DNA of 64,000 bases from NCBI RefSeq assembly GCF_009914755.1, contig NC_060928.1; one strand, given 5' to 3'. The DNA comes from the human T2T-CHM13v2.0 reference genome, Homo sapiens. The notes under the pieces are model-generated. The model was not told the DNA's origin. It worked only from the letters and a program-made list of their open reading frames with translations, and did not search any database. The position numbers and the translations under genes are program-made. Shown one piece after another: positions 41,379 through 57,447 of this stretch (the first letter of the stretch is position 1; each line of letters begins with the position of its first letter).

Positions 41379-42037
41379 TGACAGATTTAAAAAGCCTCTT
41401 TTTTTCTTAATGTTATTGTAAATTCATATACTCAGGAATTAGAAACTCAGTGTATTAGAGTGTTTTTGTTTGTTTGTATTTTTAAAATCTTAGTCCTTTA
41501 GTGATGTCCTGGACTGAAAGAATTTATTTGCAAGACATCTCTTGCAGAATGTCATATTTTTGAAATTAGAGAACATAATTAAATAATAAAGAAAGTAAAT
41601 GTTTATGATTTTTTCATTAGCAACAATATTAAAATAATAATTTATTCTAGAAAATAATTATATTGGCAACTGGCAATATGTACCAAGAAAATATCAATAA
41701 TCTATGCTTTTTAACAGTTATTTAGCATTTAAATTGTATTCCGTGTAAGAAACATTCAATTTTATATAAGCTTTTATAGTTCTAAATACTAAAATTGCTG
41801 GCCACATGTAACACAATTGATGTTTCTTAAAATAAAATGTGCACTTTCTATTACTGATAGAATAAACAAAATTATTTTTGAGTAATTGTCTCTTTAATCA
41901 AATTTTATTGAAGGAATACTATTTCAGGAACTTTATTTAGTTTTGCAAGTATACTAATAATATTGAAACTAAATCCTTGTCATAAAAATTATAGTCCAGG
42001 GTGAAGCAAGACCTTAAAACAAAAAAAAAACACATAA

Positions 42038-45000
42038 TTTTTAAAAATTAATTTTGTATTATACTTTAAGTTCTGAGATACTGTACAGAACATACAGGCT
42101 TGTTACATAGGTATACACGTACCATGGTGGTTTGCTGCACCCATCAACCCATCATCTACATTAGGTATTTCTCCTAATGCTATCCCTCCCCTTGTCCCCC
42201 AACCCCAACAGGCCCTTGTGTGTGATGTTCCCTTCCCTGTGCCCATGTGTTCTCATTGTTCAACTCCCACTTATGAATGTGAACATGTGGTGTTTGTTTT
42301 TCTGTTCATGTGTTAGTTTGCTAAGAATGATGTTTTCCAGCTTCATCCATGTCCTTGCAAAGGACATGAATTCATTGTTTATCATGGCTGCATAGTATTC
42401 CATGGTGTATATGTGTCACATTTTGTTTATCCAGGCTAACATTGAGGGGCATTTGGGCTGGTTTCAAGTCTTTGCTATTGTGAATAGTGCTGCAATAAAC
42501 ATACGTGTGCATGTGTCTTTGTAGTAGAATTATTTATAATCCTTTGGGTATATACCCAGCAATGGGATTGCTGGATCAAATGGCATTTCTGGTTCTAGAT
42601 CCTTGAGGAATGGCTACACTGTCTTCCACAATGGTTGAACTAATTTACACTCCCACCAACAGTGGAAAAGCATTCCTATTTCTCCACATCGTCTCCAGCA
42701 TCTGTTGTTTCCTGACTTTATAATGATCGCCATTCTAACTGGCAAAAGACAGTATCTCATTGTGGTTTTCACTTGCATTTCTCTAACGACTAGTGATGAT
42801 GAGCTTTTTTTCAAATGTTTTTTGTCCGTGTAAATGTTTTCTTTTGAGAATTGTCTGTTTATATCCTTTGCCCACTTTTTGATGGTTTTTTTTCTTTGTA
42901 AATTTGTTTAAGTTTCTTATAGATTCTGGATATTAGCCCTTTGTTGGATGGATAGATTGCAAAAATTTTCTCCCATTCTGTAGGTTGCCTGTTAACTCTG
43001 ATGACAGTTTCTTTTGCTGTGTAGTAGCTAATTAGTTTAAATTGATCCCATTTGTCAATTTTGGCCTTTGTTGGCATTGCTTTTCATGTTTTAGTCATGA
43101 AGTCTTTGCCCATGCCTGTGTCCTGAATGGTATGGCCTTGGTTTTCTCCTAGGGTTTTTATGGTTTTAGGTCTTACATTTAAATCTCTAATTCATCTTGC
43201 GTTGATTTTTGTATAAGGTGTAAGGAACAGGTCCAGTTTGCGTTTTCTGCATATGGCTAGCCAATTTTCTCAACACCATTTGTTAAATAGGGAATCCTTT
43301 CCTCATTGCTTGTTTTAGTCAGGTTCATCAAAGATCAGATGGTTCTAGATGTGTGGTGTTATTTCTGAGGTCTCTGTTCTGTTCCATTGATCTATATATC
43401 TGTTTTGGTATAGATCTGTATTGTTCTATATATCTGCCATGCTTTTTTGGTTGCTGTAGCCTTGTACTATAGTTGAAGTCAGGTAGCGTGATGCCCCCAG
43501 CTTTGTTCTGTTGGCTTAGTATTGTCTTGCCCATACAGTCTCTTTTTTGGTTCCATATTAAATTTAAAGTAGTTTTTTTTTTTTTCTAATTCTATGAAGA
43601 AAGTAAATGGTAGTTCAATGGGGATAGCATTGAGTCTGTAAATTACTTTGGGCAGTATGACCATTTTCACCATATTGATTGTCCCTATCCATGAGCATGG
43701 AATGTTTTTCCATTTGTTTATGTCTTCTCTTATTTCCTTGAGCAGTGGTTTGTAGTTCTCCTTGAAGAGGTCCTTCACATCCCTTGTAAGTTGTATTCCC
43801 AGGTATTTTATTCTCTTTGAAGCAATTGTGAATGGGATTTTGCTCATGATTTCGCTCTCTGTTTGCCTATCATTGGTGTATAGGAACACTTGTGATTTTT
43901 GCACATTGATTTTGTATCCTGAGACTTTGCTGAAGTTGCTTATCAGCTTATGGAGTTTTTGGGCTGAGCCGATGGGGTATTCTTAATATACAATCATGTC
44001 ATCTGCAAACAGAGATAATTTGACTTCCCTTCTTTCTATTTGAATATGGTTTATTTTTTTCTCTTGCCTGATTACCCTGGCCAGAACTTCCAATACTACG
44101 TTGAATAGGAGTGGTGAGAGAGGGCATTCTTGTCTTGTGCAGGTTTTCAAAGGGAATGCTTCCAGCTTTTGCCCATTCAGTATGATATTGGCTGTGGGTT
44201 TGTTATAAATAGCTCTTATCATTTTGAGATATGTTCCATCAATACCTAGTTTGTTGAGAGATTTTAGTATGAAGGGTGTTGAATTTTATTGAAGGCCTTT
44301 TCTGCATCTATTGAGATAATCATGTGGTTTTTGTCATTGGTTCTGTTTATGTGATGGATTATGTTTATTGATTTGCATATGTTGAAACAGCTTTGCATCC
44401 CAGGGATGAAGCCGACTTGATCATGGTGGAGAAGCTTTTTAATATGCTGCTGGACTCCTTTTGGCAGTATTTTATTGAGGATCTTTGCATTGATGTTCAT
44501 CAGAGATGTTGGCCTGAAATTTTCTTTTTTTGTTGTATCTCTGCCAGGTTTTTGTATCAGGATCATGCTGACCTCATAGAATTTGTTAGGGAGGAGTCCC
44601 TCTTTTTCTGTTTTTAAGAATAGCTTTAGTAGGAATGGTACCAGATCCTCTTTGTCTCTCTGGTAGAATTTGGCTGTGAATCTGTTTGGTCCTGGACTTT
44701 TTTTTGGTTGGTAGGCTATTAATTACGGCCTTAATTTAAGGACTTATTATTGGTGTGTTCAGGGATTCAAGTTTTTCCTGGTTTAGTCTTGGGAGGGTGT
44801 ATGCTTCCAGGAATTTATCCATTTCTTCTAGATTTTCTCGTTTATTTGCATATAGGTGTTTATAGTATTCTCTGATGGTAGTTTGTATTTCTGTGGGATC
44901 AGTGTTGATATCCAACTTTATCATTTTTTATTGTCTATTTGATTCTTCTGTCTTTTCTTCTTCTTAGTCTGGCTAGTAGTCTATCTATTTTGTTAATCTT

Positions 45001-46230
45001 TAAAAAAAAACAACTCCTGGATTTTGATTTTTTGAAGGGTTTTTTGTGTGTCTATCTCCTTCAGTTCTGCCCTAATCTTAGTTATTTCTTGTCTTCTTTT
45101 AGCTTTTGAATTTGTTTGCTCTTACTCCTCTAGTTCTCTTAAATGTGATGTTAGGGTGTTGATTTTAGATCTTTCCTGCTTTCTCCTGTGGTCATTTAGT
45201 GCTATAAATTTCCCTCTACACACTGCTGTAGCTGTGTTCCAGAAATTCTGGTACGTTGTGTCTTTGTTCTCATTGGTTTCAAAGAACTTATTTATTTCTG
45301 CCTTAATTTCGTTATTAACCAGTAGTCATTCAGGAGCAAGTTGTTCAGTTTCCATGTAGTTGTGTGATTTTGAGTGAGTTTCTTAATCCTGAGTTCCAAT
45401 TTTGTTGCCCTGTGGTCTTAGAAACTGTTTGTTATGATTTCTGTTCTTTTGCATTTGCTGAAGAGTGTTTTACTTCCAATTATGTTTTTGATTTTAGAAC
45501 AAGTGTGATGTGGTGCTGAGAACAATGTATATTCTGTTGATTTGGGGTGGAGAGTTCTGTAGATGTCTATTACGTTCACTTGGTCCAGAGCTGAGTTCAA
45601 GTCTTGAATATTCTTGTTAATTTTCTGTCTTGTTGTTCTGTCTAATATCGACAGTGGGGTGTTAAAATCTCCCACTATTATTGTGTGGGAGTCTAAGTCT
45701 CTTTGTAGGTTTCTAAAAACTTGCTTTCTGAATCTGGGTGCTCCTGTATTGGGTGCATATATATTTAGGATAGTTAGCTCTTCTTGTTGCATTGATTTCT
45801 TTGCCATATATAATGCCCTTCTTTGTCTTTTTTGATCTTTGTTGGCTTAAGGTCTGTTTTATCAGAGACTAGGATTGCAACTCCTGCTTTTTTTTTTTTT
45901 TTTTTGCTTTCCATTTGCTTGGTAAATATTCTTCCATCCCTTTAATTTGAGGCTATGTGTGTCTTTGCACATGAGATGGGTCTCCTGAATACAGCACACT
46001 GATGGGTCTTAACTCTTTATCCAATTTGCCAGTCTGTGCCTTTTAATTGGGGCATTTAGCCCATTTAAATTTAAGGTTAATATTGTCTTGTTTGAATTTG
46101 ATCCTGTCATTATGATGCTAGCTGATTGTTTTTTCCATTTGTTGATGCAGTTTCTTCACAGTGTCAATGGTCTTTACATTTTTATTTGTGTTTGCAGTGG
46201 CTGGTACCAGTTTTTCCTTACCATATTTAG
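42038..46230 (-). mobile_element. L1PA7-like, ~4.2 kb, 5'-truncated at the end of ORF1; ORF2 broken
   Basis: 3'UTR 'ccatggtggtttgctgcacccatcaacc'; ORF2 pieces: EN (ILNIYAPNTGAPRF, IVGDFNTPLS), RT ([10 protein letters not shown]), C-domain. Confidence 0.95.
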
Positions 46231-46540
<310 letters not shown>

Positions 46541-48036
46541 TAGATTCTTGATATTAGTCCTTTGTCAGTAAAATGGTGTACGAATATTTTCTCTCATTCT
46601 ATAGGTTGTCTGTTTACTCCATCGATAGTTTCTTTTGCTGTGCAGGTTGTTTAGTTTAATTAGGTCCCACTTGTCAATTTCTGGTTTTGTTGAAATTGCT
46701 TTTGAGGACTTGGTTAGAAATTTATTGCCAAGGCTGATGTTCAGAAGGGTGTTTCTTGGGTTTTCTATCAGGGTTTTTATAGTTTGAGATCTCATATTTA
46801 AGTATTTATTTTATCTTGGGTTAATTTTTATATATGGTGATAGGTCCAGTTTCTTTCTTTGGCATATGGCTAGCCCGTTATCCCAGCATCAATTATTGAA
46901 TAGGGAGTCCTTTCTCCATTGCTTATTTTTGTCAACTTTGTCAAATATCACTTGATTGTAGGCATGCTGCTTTATTTCTGGGTTCTCTATTCTGTTCCTT
47001 TGGTCTATGTGCTTATTTTTGTACCATTATCTAGCTGTTTTACTTATTGTAGCCTTGCAGTATAGTTTGAAGTTGAGTAATGTGATGTGGTATAGTTTGA
47101 ATTTGGGTAATGTATGGTTTTGTTCTTTTTGCTTAGAGTTGCTTTGGCTATTTGGGCTCTTGTTTTGGTTTCGTGTCAATTTTAGAATAGTTTTTTTTCC
47201 TAATTCTGTTAAAATGATGTTGGTAATTTGATAGGAATGAAACTGAATCTGTAGATTGCTTTGGACCATAGGTCTATTTTAACAATGTTGGATCTCCCAA
47301 TCCATGAACATGGAATGTTTTTCCATTTGTGTCATCTATGATTTCTTTCAACAGTGTTTTGTAGTTCTCCTTGTAGAGCTTTTTTATCTCCTTATGTATG
47401 TTCCCAGGTACTTGTGTGTGTGTGAGTGTGTGTGGCTATTGTAAACAGAATTAGCCTCTTGATTTGGCTCTCAGCTTGAATGTTTTTTGTGTATAGAAAT
47501 GCTACTAAATTTTGTACATTGATTTTGTGTCCTGAATTATTACCGACATTATTTTTCAGGTCTAAGAGCTTTTTGGAAAACTCTTTAGGGTTTTCTAGGT
47601 ATTGATCCATCAACACATCAAAAAGTTAATTCACCATGATCAAGTGGGCTTTATTCCTGGGATGCAAGGTTGGTTCAGCATACACACCAGTAAATGTGAT
47701 TCACCATGAAAACATAGTTAGAAATAAGTCATATGATCATCTCAGTAGATGTAGAAAACATTTTTTATAAAATTCAACATCCTTTCATCATAAAAACACT
47801 CAACAAACTAGGCATCAAAGAAACATGCCTTCAAAATAAGAATTATCTACAACAAACCCACAGCCAACATCATATTGAATGGTCAAAAGCTGAAAGCATT
47901 CCCCTGAAGAATTGAAACAAGACAAGGATGCCCACTCTCATCACTCCATTTTCAGTACTGGAAGTCCTATCCAGAGCAATGAGGCAAGAGAAAGAAATAA
48001 AAGGCATTCAAATACGTAAAGAGGAAGTCAAAACTA
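46541..48036 (-). mobile_element. Older L1 (L1PB-like) ORF2 with 5' inversion (antisense to ~47604, sense ~47605-48036)
   Basis: Strand switch at 'ttttctaggtattgatccatcaacacatcaaaaagtt'. Confidence 0.88.
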
Positions 48037-50700
<2,664 letters not shown>

Positions 50701-50764
50701 TATAATCAATGGATAAATGTAGATGAACTATATGTGAGTGATGCATGTAAATATAAATGATTAG

Positions 50765-51945
50765 TTATGGAGAAGTTCAACAATAGGATTAAAAAAATTT
50801 ACTAACCAACTTTTAATAATGAATAGAACAAGAAGAACAAGGCAGAAGTTAAATAAGAAAATTTATAGAAGACTTAATACTATGAACCAACTAGACTTAA
50901 CAAACATATGTATAACATGCCACTAAACAACATCAGAAAACATGTTCTTCTCAAGTGCACATGGAGCATTTAACAGATTAGACCACATGCTAGGCTATTA
51001 AACAAGTCTCAAAGAATTTAAAATGATTGAAATCATACAAAGCTCTCCAGACATAATGATATAGACTTAGAAATCAACAATATAAAGAGATTTGGAAAAT
51101 TGACAAATACATGAAAATTAATCATCCTGCTTCTAAATAATAGGTTAAAGAAGAAACCAAATGGGAAAATAGAAAATGAAAATGAAGATACACATACCAA
51201 AAATTATGGGATGCAGCTAAAGCATTCCTTAGAGTCTAATTTGTAGTTGTAAACACCTAAATTTTAAATCTATGACAAATCCCAAGTCAACCTAACCTAC
51301 AACTTCAACACACTGGAAAGAGAAGAGCAAACTAACACAAAGCAAACAAAAGAAAACATAATAATAAAGATTAGAGTGGATTATTGAAATATAGAATAAA
51401 AAACTATAAAGAAGAATCAACAAACACACTGATTATTTTTAAAAAGTAAGAAAATCTGACAAATATCTACATTGACCAAAGAAGAGAAAAGAGAAGACAG
51501 ATTACTAACAGTAAGAATGAAAGAGGATACATCAAAACTGACCAAACAGAAATAAAAAAGACTGTAAAGGAATATTATAAACAATTGAATATTAGAAACT
51601 ATCAGTAGACCTATAACAAGTAAAAAGATTAAATTAGCCATTTAAAAACTTTATACAAGTAAAATCCCAGACCAAGATGGCTTTGCTGGTGAATTCCTCA
51701 AAAATTTAAAAAATTACTATCAATTTTTCACAAACTCATCCAGAAAATTTTTGAAAATAGAAGTACATCCCAGTTTATTTTATAAGGCAAATATTATCAA
51801 AATACCAACATCAAGGTCATTAGAAGAAAGGGAGAACAGACCAATGTCATTTATAAACTTTAAGTCATCAAAAAAATACTAGCAAACTAAATATGGCAAC
51901 ATGTAAGAAAGGATTATTGACCATTGACAAGGGGCATTTATCTTA
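50765..51945 (+). mobile_element. Old L1M ORF2 (EN to RT start) fragment
   Basis: 'ttcttctcaagtgcacatggagcatt..gaccacatgctagg', 'cccagaccaagatggctttgctggtgaattc'. Confidence 0.8.
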
Positions 51946-53838
51946 GTAAATTTGTTTAAAAAACAAACATATGATTAAATTATGCACAAAATAAAGACAC
52001 AATCATGGATATTTAAAATCAAGTGGAGATGATATTAATAAATTGTTAATTTATATTAGATGTTTAATGATATTGTGATGATATGGTAAATAAGAGTATC
52101 TATCATTCAGAGAAAACTGTGGAAATATTTAAAGCTATATAATAAGATGTCTGGGATTCGTGTTAAAATAATTTGGAGTTGGAGAATTTAGGTAGAATCA
52201 CATAAGAAACGTGATTAACCATGAATAGATATTTGTTGACACTAGATAAATGGTATGCACAAATTCATTTTAGTATCTTCTCTAATTTTGAATGTGTTTA
52301 ATGTTTTCCTATGCAAAGAGTTGAAAACATATAAACTTGTATTAGTCTTAAATTTTATTTTTTAAGTAATCTGCCTGAGAAAAAGAATATGAAGAACAAA
52401 GAATTTTATACCAGATTAAAATATATATACACTAGCAATAGTCAAATATAGAGTAGCTATTACAGAAAACCAAATCATTTACATGGTGAACAAAATTGAG
52501 ATTTTCTGTTTGATGGCTTACCAAAGAAATACTGGTGGAATTGATAGAATAATGCTTCTAAAAATTCAAAATGTGGAGAAGAAAACTAAAAAAAAAATTA
52601 AAATTTTAAAAATGCAATTCTATTTTCTAATGCAAAAAACAGAATAAAAATTGAGGAAATAGTCCAGAAAGTTGGAATAAATAGAAAATTAAAGTGTTTA
52701 CTTACATCTATTGTAGTGTTTATTTTTATATTTTTAACAAACAGTATAATTCTTGTATCACCCGAATAGAAATTTAAAAATTCTTGAGTAATGGTGTCAT
52801 TATTTCAGATCTAAATTTTAAAGTAAAATCTGCAAAAGCCTACCTACTTTGTGTTCATTTATGGGAAATCTTTAATATTTTTAAATCTTGAATGCTTAAA
52901 ATCTTTTCTACTTTATTTTTTAACTTAAAATTTTAGCAAAGTGGAGTATGGAAAGAAAGCTTTTTTTTTTTTTTTTTCAATAAATTGCATGAGAAAAGCT
53001 GTATCTTACATTTGGTCTTTTTTGTTGTTTTCCTAATCTTTCCTATCAGTGTTTTTCCCTGTTTAATTTGGAGAAAACTTTTCTCAAATTAGTCTTTATT
53101 TCACTCATTTGAGATTTTTACTATTTTATTCATTTGAGTTTTCTACAACCTCAATTTGTTTGTCCTGCCTCCAATGGGAAATATGTGTATGCCATTTTAT
53201 TTAGTTAGTTTCTTACAATTACTTATCTGATGTTATTAACTTGTTTTTCATATAATCCTTCTCGTTGCCCTAATCAAATGTATTCTATGCTTTTATATTT
53301 TCATTTCAAGTTGAATGGACAAAAAAATGTCGCTATCGATACAATTGGTTAAGGATAAAAACGAGGTAAGGATAATTACATTTCATGTAGCAATGGAAAA
53401 CATGGCCTGGACTACCTAGCAGTATGTAGTAGATGTATTTCTTTTTCTAGGGTACAAAATTAACATCTTCGAATTGGGAATGGCACCCAGAAAAAGCTGA
53501 ATAGTCTTCCTACCTACTTAATAAGATTGAGTAATACTCTGTTGCAGGCAGCAAAGATAGTGAGAGCCTACATATTTCTCTTTTCAAATTTTTAATGCTG
53601 TAAACCTCTAACTACTGTAAAGGTTTGATAATTCTTCTTTGATAGTTATCCAGATAATCAATGTAATTTTATTTGTTTTTTTTAATAGATAACTATATAT
53701 TTTCATGGAATTCTGAATAGAGCTTTTCGGGGGTAAGGAATAGATGCCCTCTTAAAGAATACATATTATCAAATATTCACATACATGTATTTGAATGAGT
53801 ATATTGTTAATGTATATATTTTGGAAAACCTGAAAGCA

Positions 53839-53841
<3 letters not shown>

Positions 53842-53886
<45 letters not shown>
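53842..53886. repeat. (TG)22 microsatellite
   Basis: Perfect dinucleotide run. Confidence 0.97.
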
Positions 53887-53890
<4 letters not shown>

Positions 53891-55871
53891 ATATATCAAG
53901 TAAGGTTTAGAACTTTAGAGTCCAGAATTAGGATTCACAGTAGATTGGAGAGGGCTGTCCAGCTGTCGAAGGCAAGTTGAGTTCTGAATGTGCCTGGACT
54001 GCTCACTATGTTCAGTTCTGAATGGAGTATTAAGTATTACAGGCATTTTATTTTAGATATTGGTAAGGCATTCTCTTTGTTTTATCATTTTTTAAGATAA
54101 CCTTAGTTATCTTAAAGAAAGAGCATTAAATATGGATAAGACCTTATGCTTTCTTATTACTACTTAATTTTTCTCTACCCCATATAGCTCTTAAAATGAA
54201 TTAAAACACCTACATTATTTAAGTATTGGGCTCTGTGGGCAATACAGTTTTCTGTGTAATTAAAAGTCATTCCATTATTTTGTCATGTTCAAAGGTTATT
54301 ACTGTTTAAATCTCTAAAAAGCAAAAAACCAGAAATGCAGTCCCATTTGAAAAAAAATAGAATATTAGAGAAAAACCTCAAGAACCTTTCTTTTCCTATC
54401 ACAAATGGAAATATTATATTTCTCTAAAACAGAATATTAGAGAGACACCACCATAAACTTTCCCTATCAATCTAAAAGCTTCAGAGGCCTTTAACTCCCT
54501 ACTACATAGTCAGAATTGATTCTTGTAAATTACTTCTGTGTCTGAAAAGGTCTTAATTTGCTGAGACACTTCACCTCAAGCCTTATATTTAAATGTTGTA
54601 CCACATATTAACCGTAGTTTTAATGTTATTCTCTCTAAACTTCAGATTTGATTTTTAAATTGGGAGATCAAAATTGGTAAGAAAATATATTTTTAGGCTA
54701 TGTTAGAGACCTTACAGGAGCTGCTTTTCTCTTACCACCATTGATGATTATATGTATGAGTTGTGTCTATGTGAAATGTATAATAGTGATTTTGTATTAA
54801 TAAAAAAAAAGGAATTTATAATTCAGATAGAATACTGTCGGGGAAAAAAACAGGATTTCTTTGGGTTGCTTTGAGTTAGAATCAAGGATGGCTGCTTTGT
54901 AAAATTCACAGAACTAAAATCTAACATTTCAAAAATATCTCAAAGCTATGAATCAGTTTTCAGTTTCTTACGCTTTTTCTCCAATCTCCAATTGAAAGTA
55001 TTTTAAAAATTTAATTTTGTGGTAGATTTTATTTTTATTCTATTTCATGAATTCAAAAACTTAAAAAACACAATAAATACTTGAGTTTTAAGAGTTTTAT
55101 TTCAATTGAAGACAAACTTTGCTAAAAGACGTTTTTTCTTTAGCCATATAGTTACTCTTGCCTAATTAGCCTTTAGTTTTGTTTTTCTTGAATATATATT
55201 CATTATATCTCTTCAAACTCATTAGCACTATTTAACATAAAACATTGGACTCCCACCTGGGAACATTTTATTTTATTTCATTGTATACCACAGTATGGTC
55301 TTTACTGTGCATTCACAAGAAATGTGTCTAATAATTCTACAAGGTTATAACATTCTGTCGCTGCAGTGAAGTTAGAGCCTTGCTGAAACAAGAAGCAGCA
55401 TATGTTTTCTACCCTCATCTTGCAAGAATGATTTCCTAACAACTGATGCTGGAAATGCATCATTAACACATGGCTAAATTTGCTTAACTGCATTTTTAAT
55501 GAAATTCAGAACACAGAACCTTTCTTTGAAAAGTAAGGTCATTTAACTTAAACTAGGTAAAAACCATTAACTATGTTTTAGAAAGTAAACCTTTTTTGTG
55601 TGTTCTTTAATTGTATAAAGATGTAATCTAATCCTGTAATTTATTTATAATATCTGGTATAATTATTTTATGTTAAATTTATATATATTACTGTGAGAAA
55701 TAAAAGCTCTTTTGACTTTTTCTTTGTATGTTATATACACAAGAATATGTCTACTGCCTTGTGTAACATTCTCTGTCAAGGATAATAACCATACATAAAC
55801 ACAAACTGAATACATTAAAAAAAACTAATATTTGCTCATTGATATAATTTATCTGCATCACTTGGGGGTAT

Positions 55872-56365
55872 TATTTATTCATTAAATAAATATTTACTGA
55901 GCAATTATTATTATATGTTAAAGATAGTTTTGGCTCCTTGGGTAATAGCTAAAACTATTTTTAACATATAATAATAACAGCAAACACAAGAAAAAATATA
56001 TCTGTTCTCACAGAGCTTACAGTCTAAGACAGTGAGTCACATAAGACAATAAAGGTTAAATGTAACCTGTCATTTGGTATGTTTTACAATTATGTGTTCT
56101 AAAAAATCAAATTTAAAAAAATTAAAGGGATTGCAACTTATTTTCTCAAGGCTGCAATTTAAAAAATGTTATTTAAGGCAATTACCATTAGGAAAAAATG
56201 TTCATACACTTTAATAAGATGTCGGCTTTATGCAGAATGGAGAGGAAAAAGTGTATCAGACAGAAGGAAAAGCCAGATCGAAGTCGTAAATTAGGAGAAC
56301 GCTCAACATGCATAAAGAGCAGAAAACAAACCTTTGAGGAGGAGAGTAGTTTAAGAAATGAAGTA
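55872..56365 (-). mobile_element. L2 3' fragment
   Basis: 'ttattcattaaataaatatttactgagc', 'ctgttctcacagagcttacagtcta'. Confidence 0.7.
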
Positions 56366-56368
56366 AGG

Positions 56369-56532
56369 GGCTGGGTGCAGTGGCTCATGCCTATAATCCC
56401 AGCAATTTGGGAGGCTGTGGCAGGTAGATCACTTGAAGTCACCAGTTTGAGACCAGCCTGGCAAACATGGCAAAACCCTGTCTCTATTAAAAATACAAAA
56501 AATAGCAGGGCATGGTGGTGCACACCTGTGGT
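56369..56532 (+). mobile_element. 3'-truncated Alu (left arm plus start of right arm)
   Basis: 'ggctgggtgcagtggctcatgcc...cacacctgtggt' then an abrupt end with no A tail. Confidence 0.9.
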
Positions 56533-57401
56533 TTAATGTTATATTTATTGGGAATCTATCTTGTGTAAATGTTTACATTAGTTCCTTTAGAGGATACAAA
56601 GGCAATTAAAAATAAATTTAATTGCTTTCTGCTTGCCCATTCTATGGTAATATGAGGGAAACTGATAAATAGGAAAGGGAAAAGGAGCTTGGAAAAATAT
56701 ACATATATTTGATGAGGTTGATATTTTCATGATATCAGATATTTCCTTTTTACTATGGTACTTTCACCACCTTATAAACTTTTGTGAAATGTTTACCAAA
56801 GGACTTTTTTTGTATTAATGGTCTTTGTCTTTATTATTGCTAAAAGATAATAGGAATATTTAAATGGTTCAGACAGACATATGATTTGGAAAATAAATAA
56901 CAAAATTCATTTTTCTAGGAAAGAGAAGCTAGTATGTGTAGGTTGATAAATGAGATTTTATTTGATCTTACTGCTTAGATTTTTATGCTTTCTCTGCATT
57001 TTTCAAGCTTTCTGTCTTTTAAATCTAAAATACATTCAAAAGAAAGCTTCTTTATTTTTTTTGTATCAACCACAGTTTAGCTAAATAGATTACATCAGTC
57101 ACTCCCTAGGTTACCATATGTATTTATCATTGTGATAAAGAAAACTAAAAATTAGTATCTGTTTATTTAAATAGATGTGAGCAAGCATTTATCTGATAAA
57201 AAGCTTAAATACCATGTGCCTCACATAGAAAAATTGTCCTATACATACAAATATAGGTACAAGAATACAAAGAAAAGGATATGGAGGAAAGGAACAAAAT
57301 ATCGTCACCCCTTTAGCAGTGCCAATATCCTTCCTCTACTGAAGGATATTATTTTCCTTATAAAGAATAAAGTCTGCTGCCCTCTTTCCTTCTCTCACCC
57401 T

Positions 57402-57404
<3 letters not shown>

Positions 57405-57446
<42 letters not shown>
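57405..57446. repeat. (CA)n(TA)n microsatellite
   Basis: About 17 CA units followed by a short TA run. Confidence 0.95.

Positions 57447-57447
<1 letters not shown>

Noticed and set aside
42614-45807. Potentially active L1 ORF2
   Set aside because: Broken into many short frames by stops and frameshifts, and the element lacks its 5'UTR.
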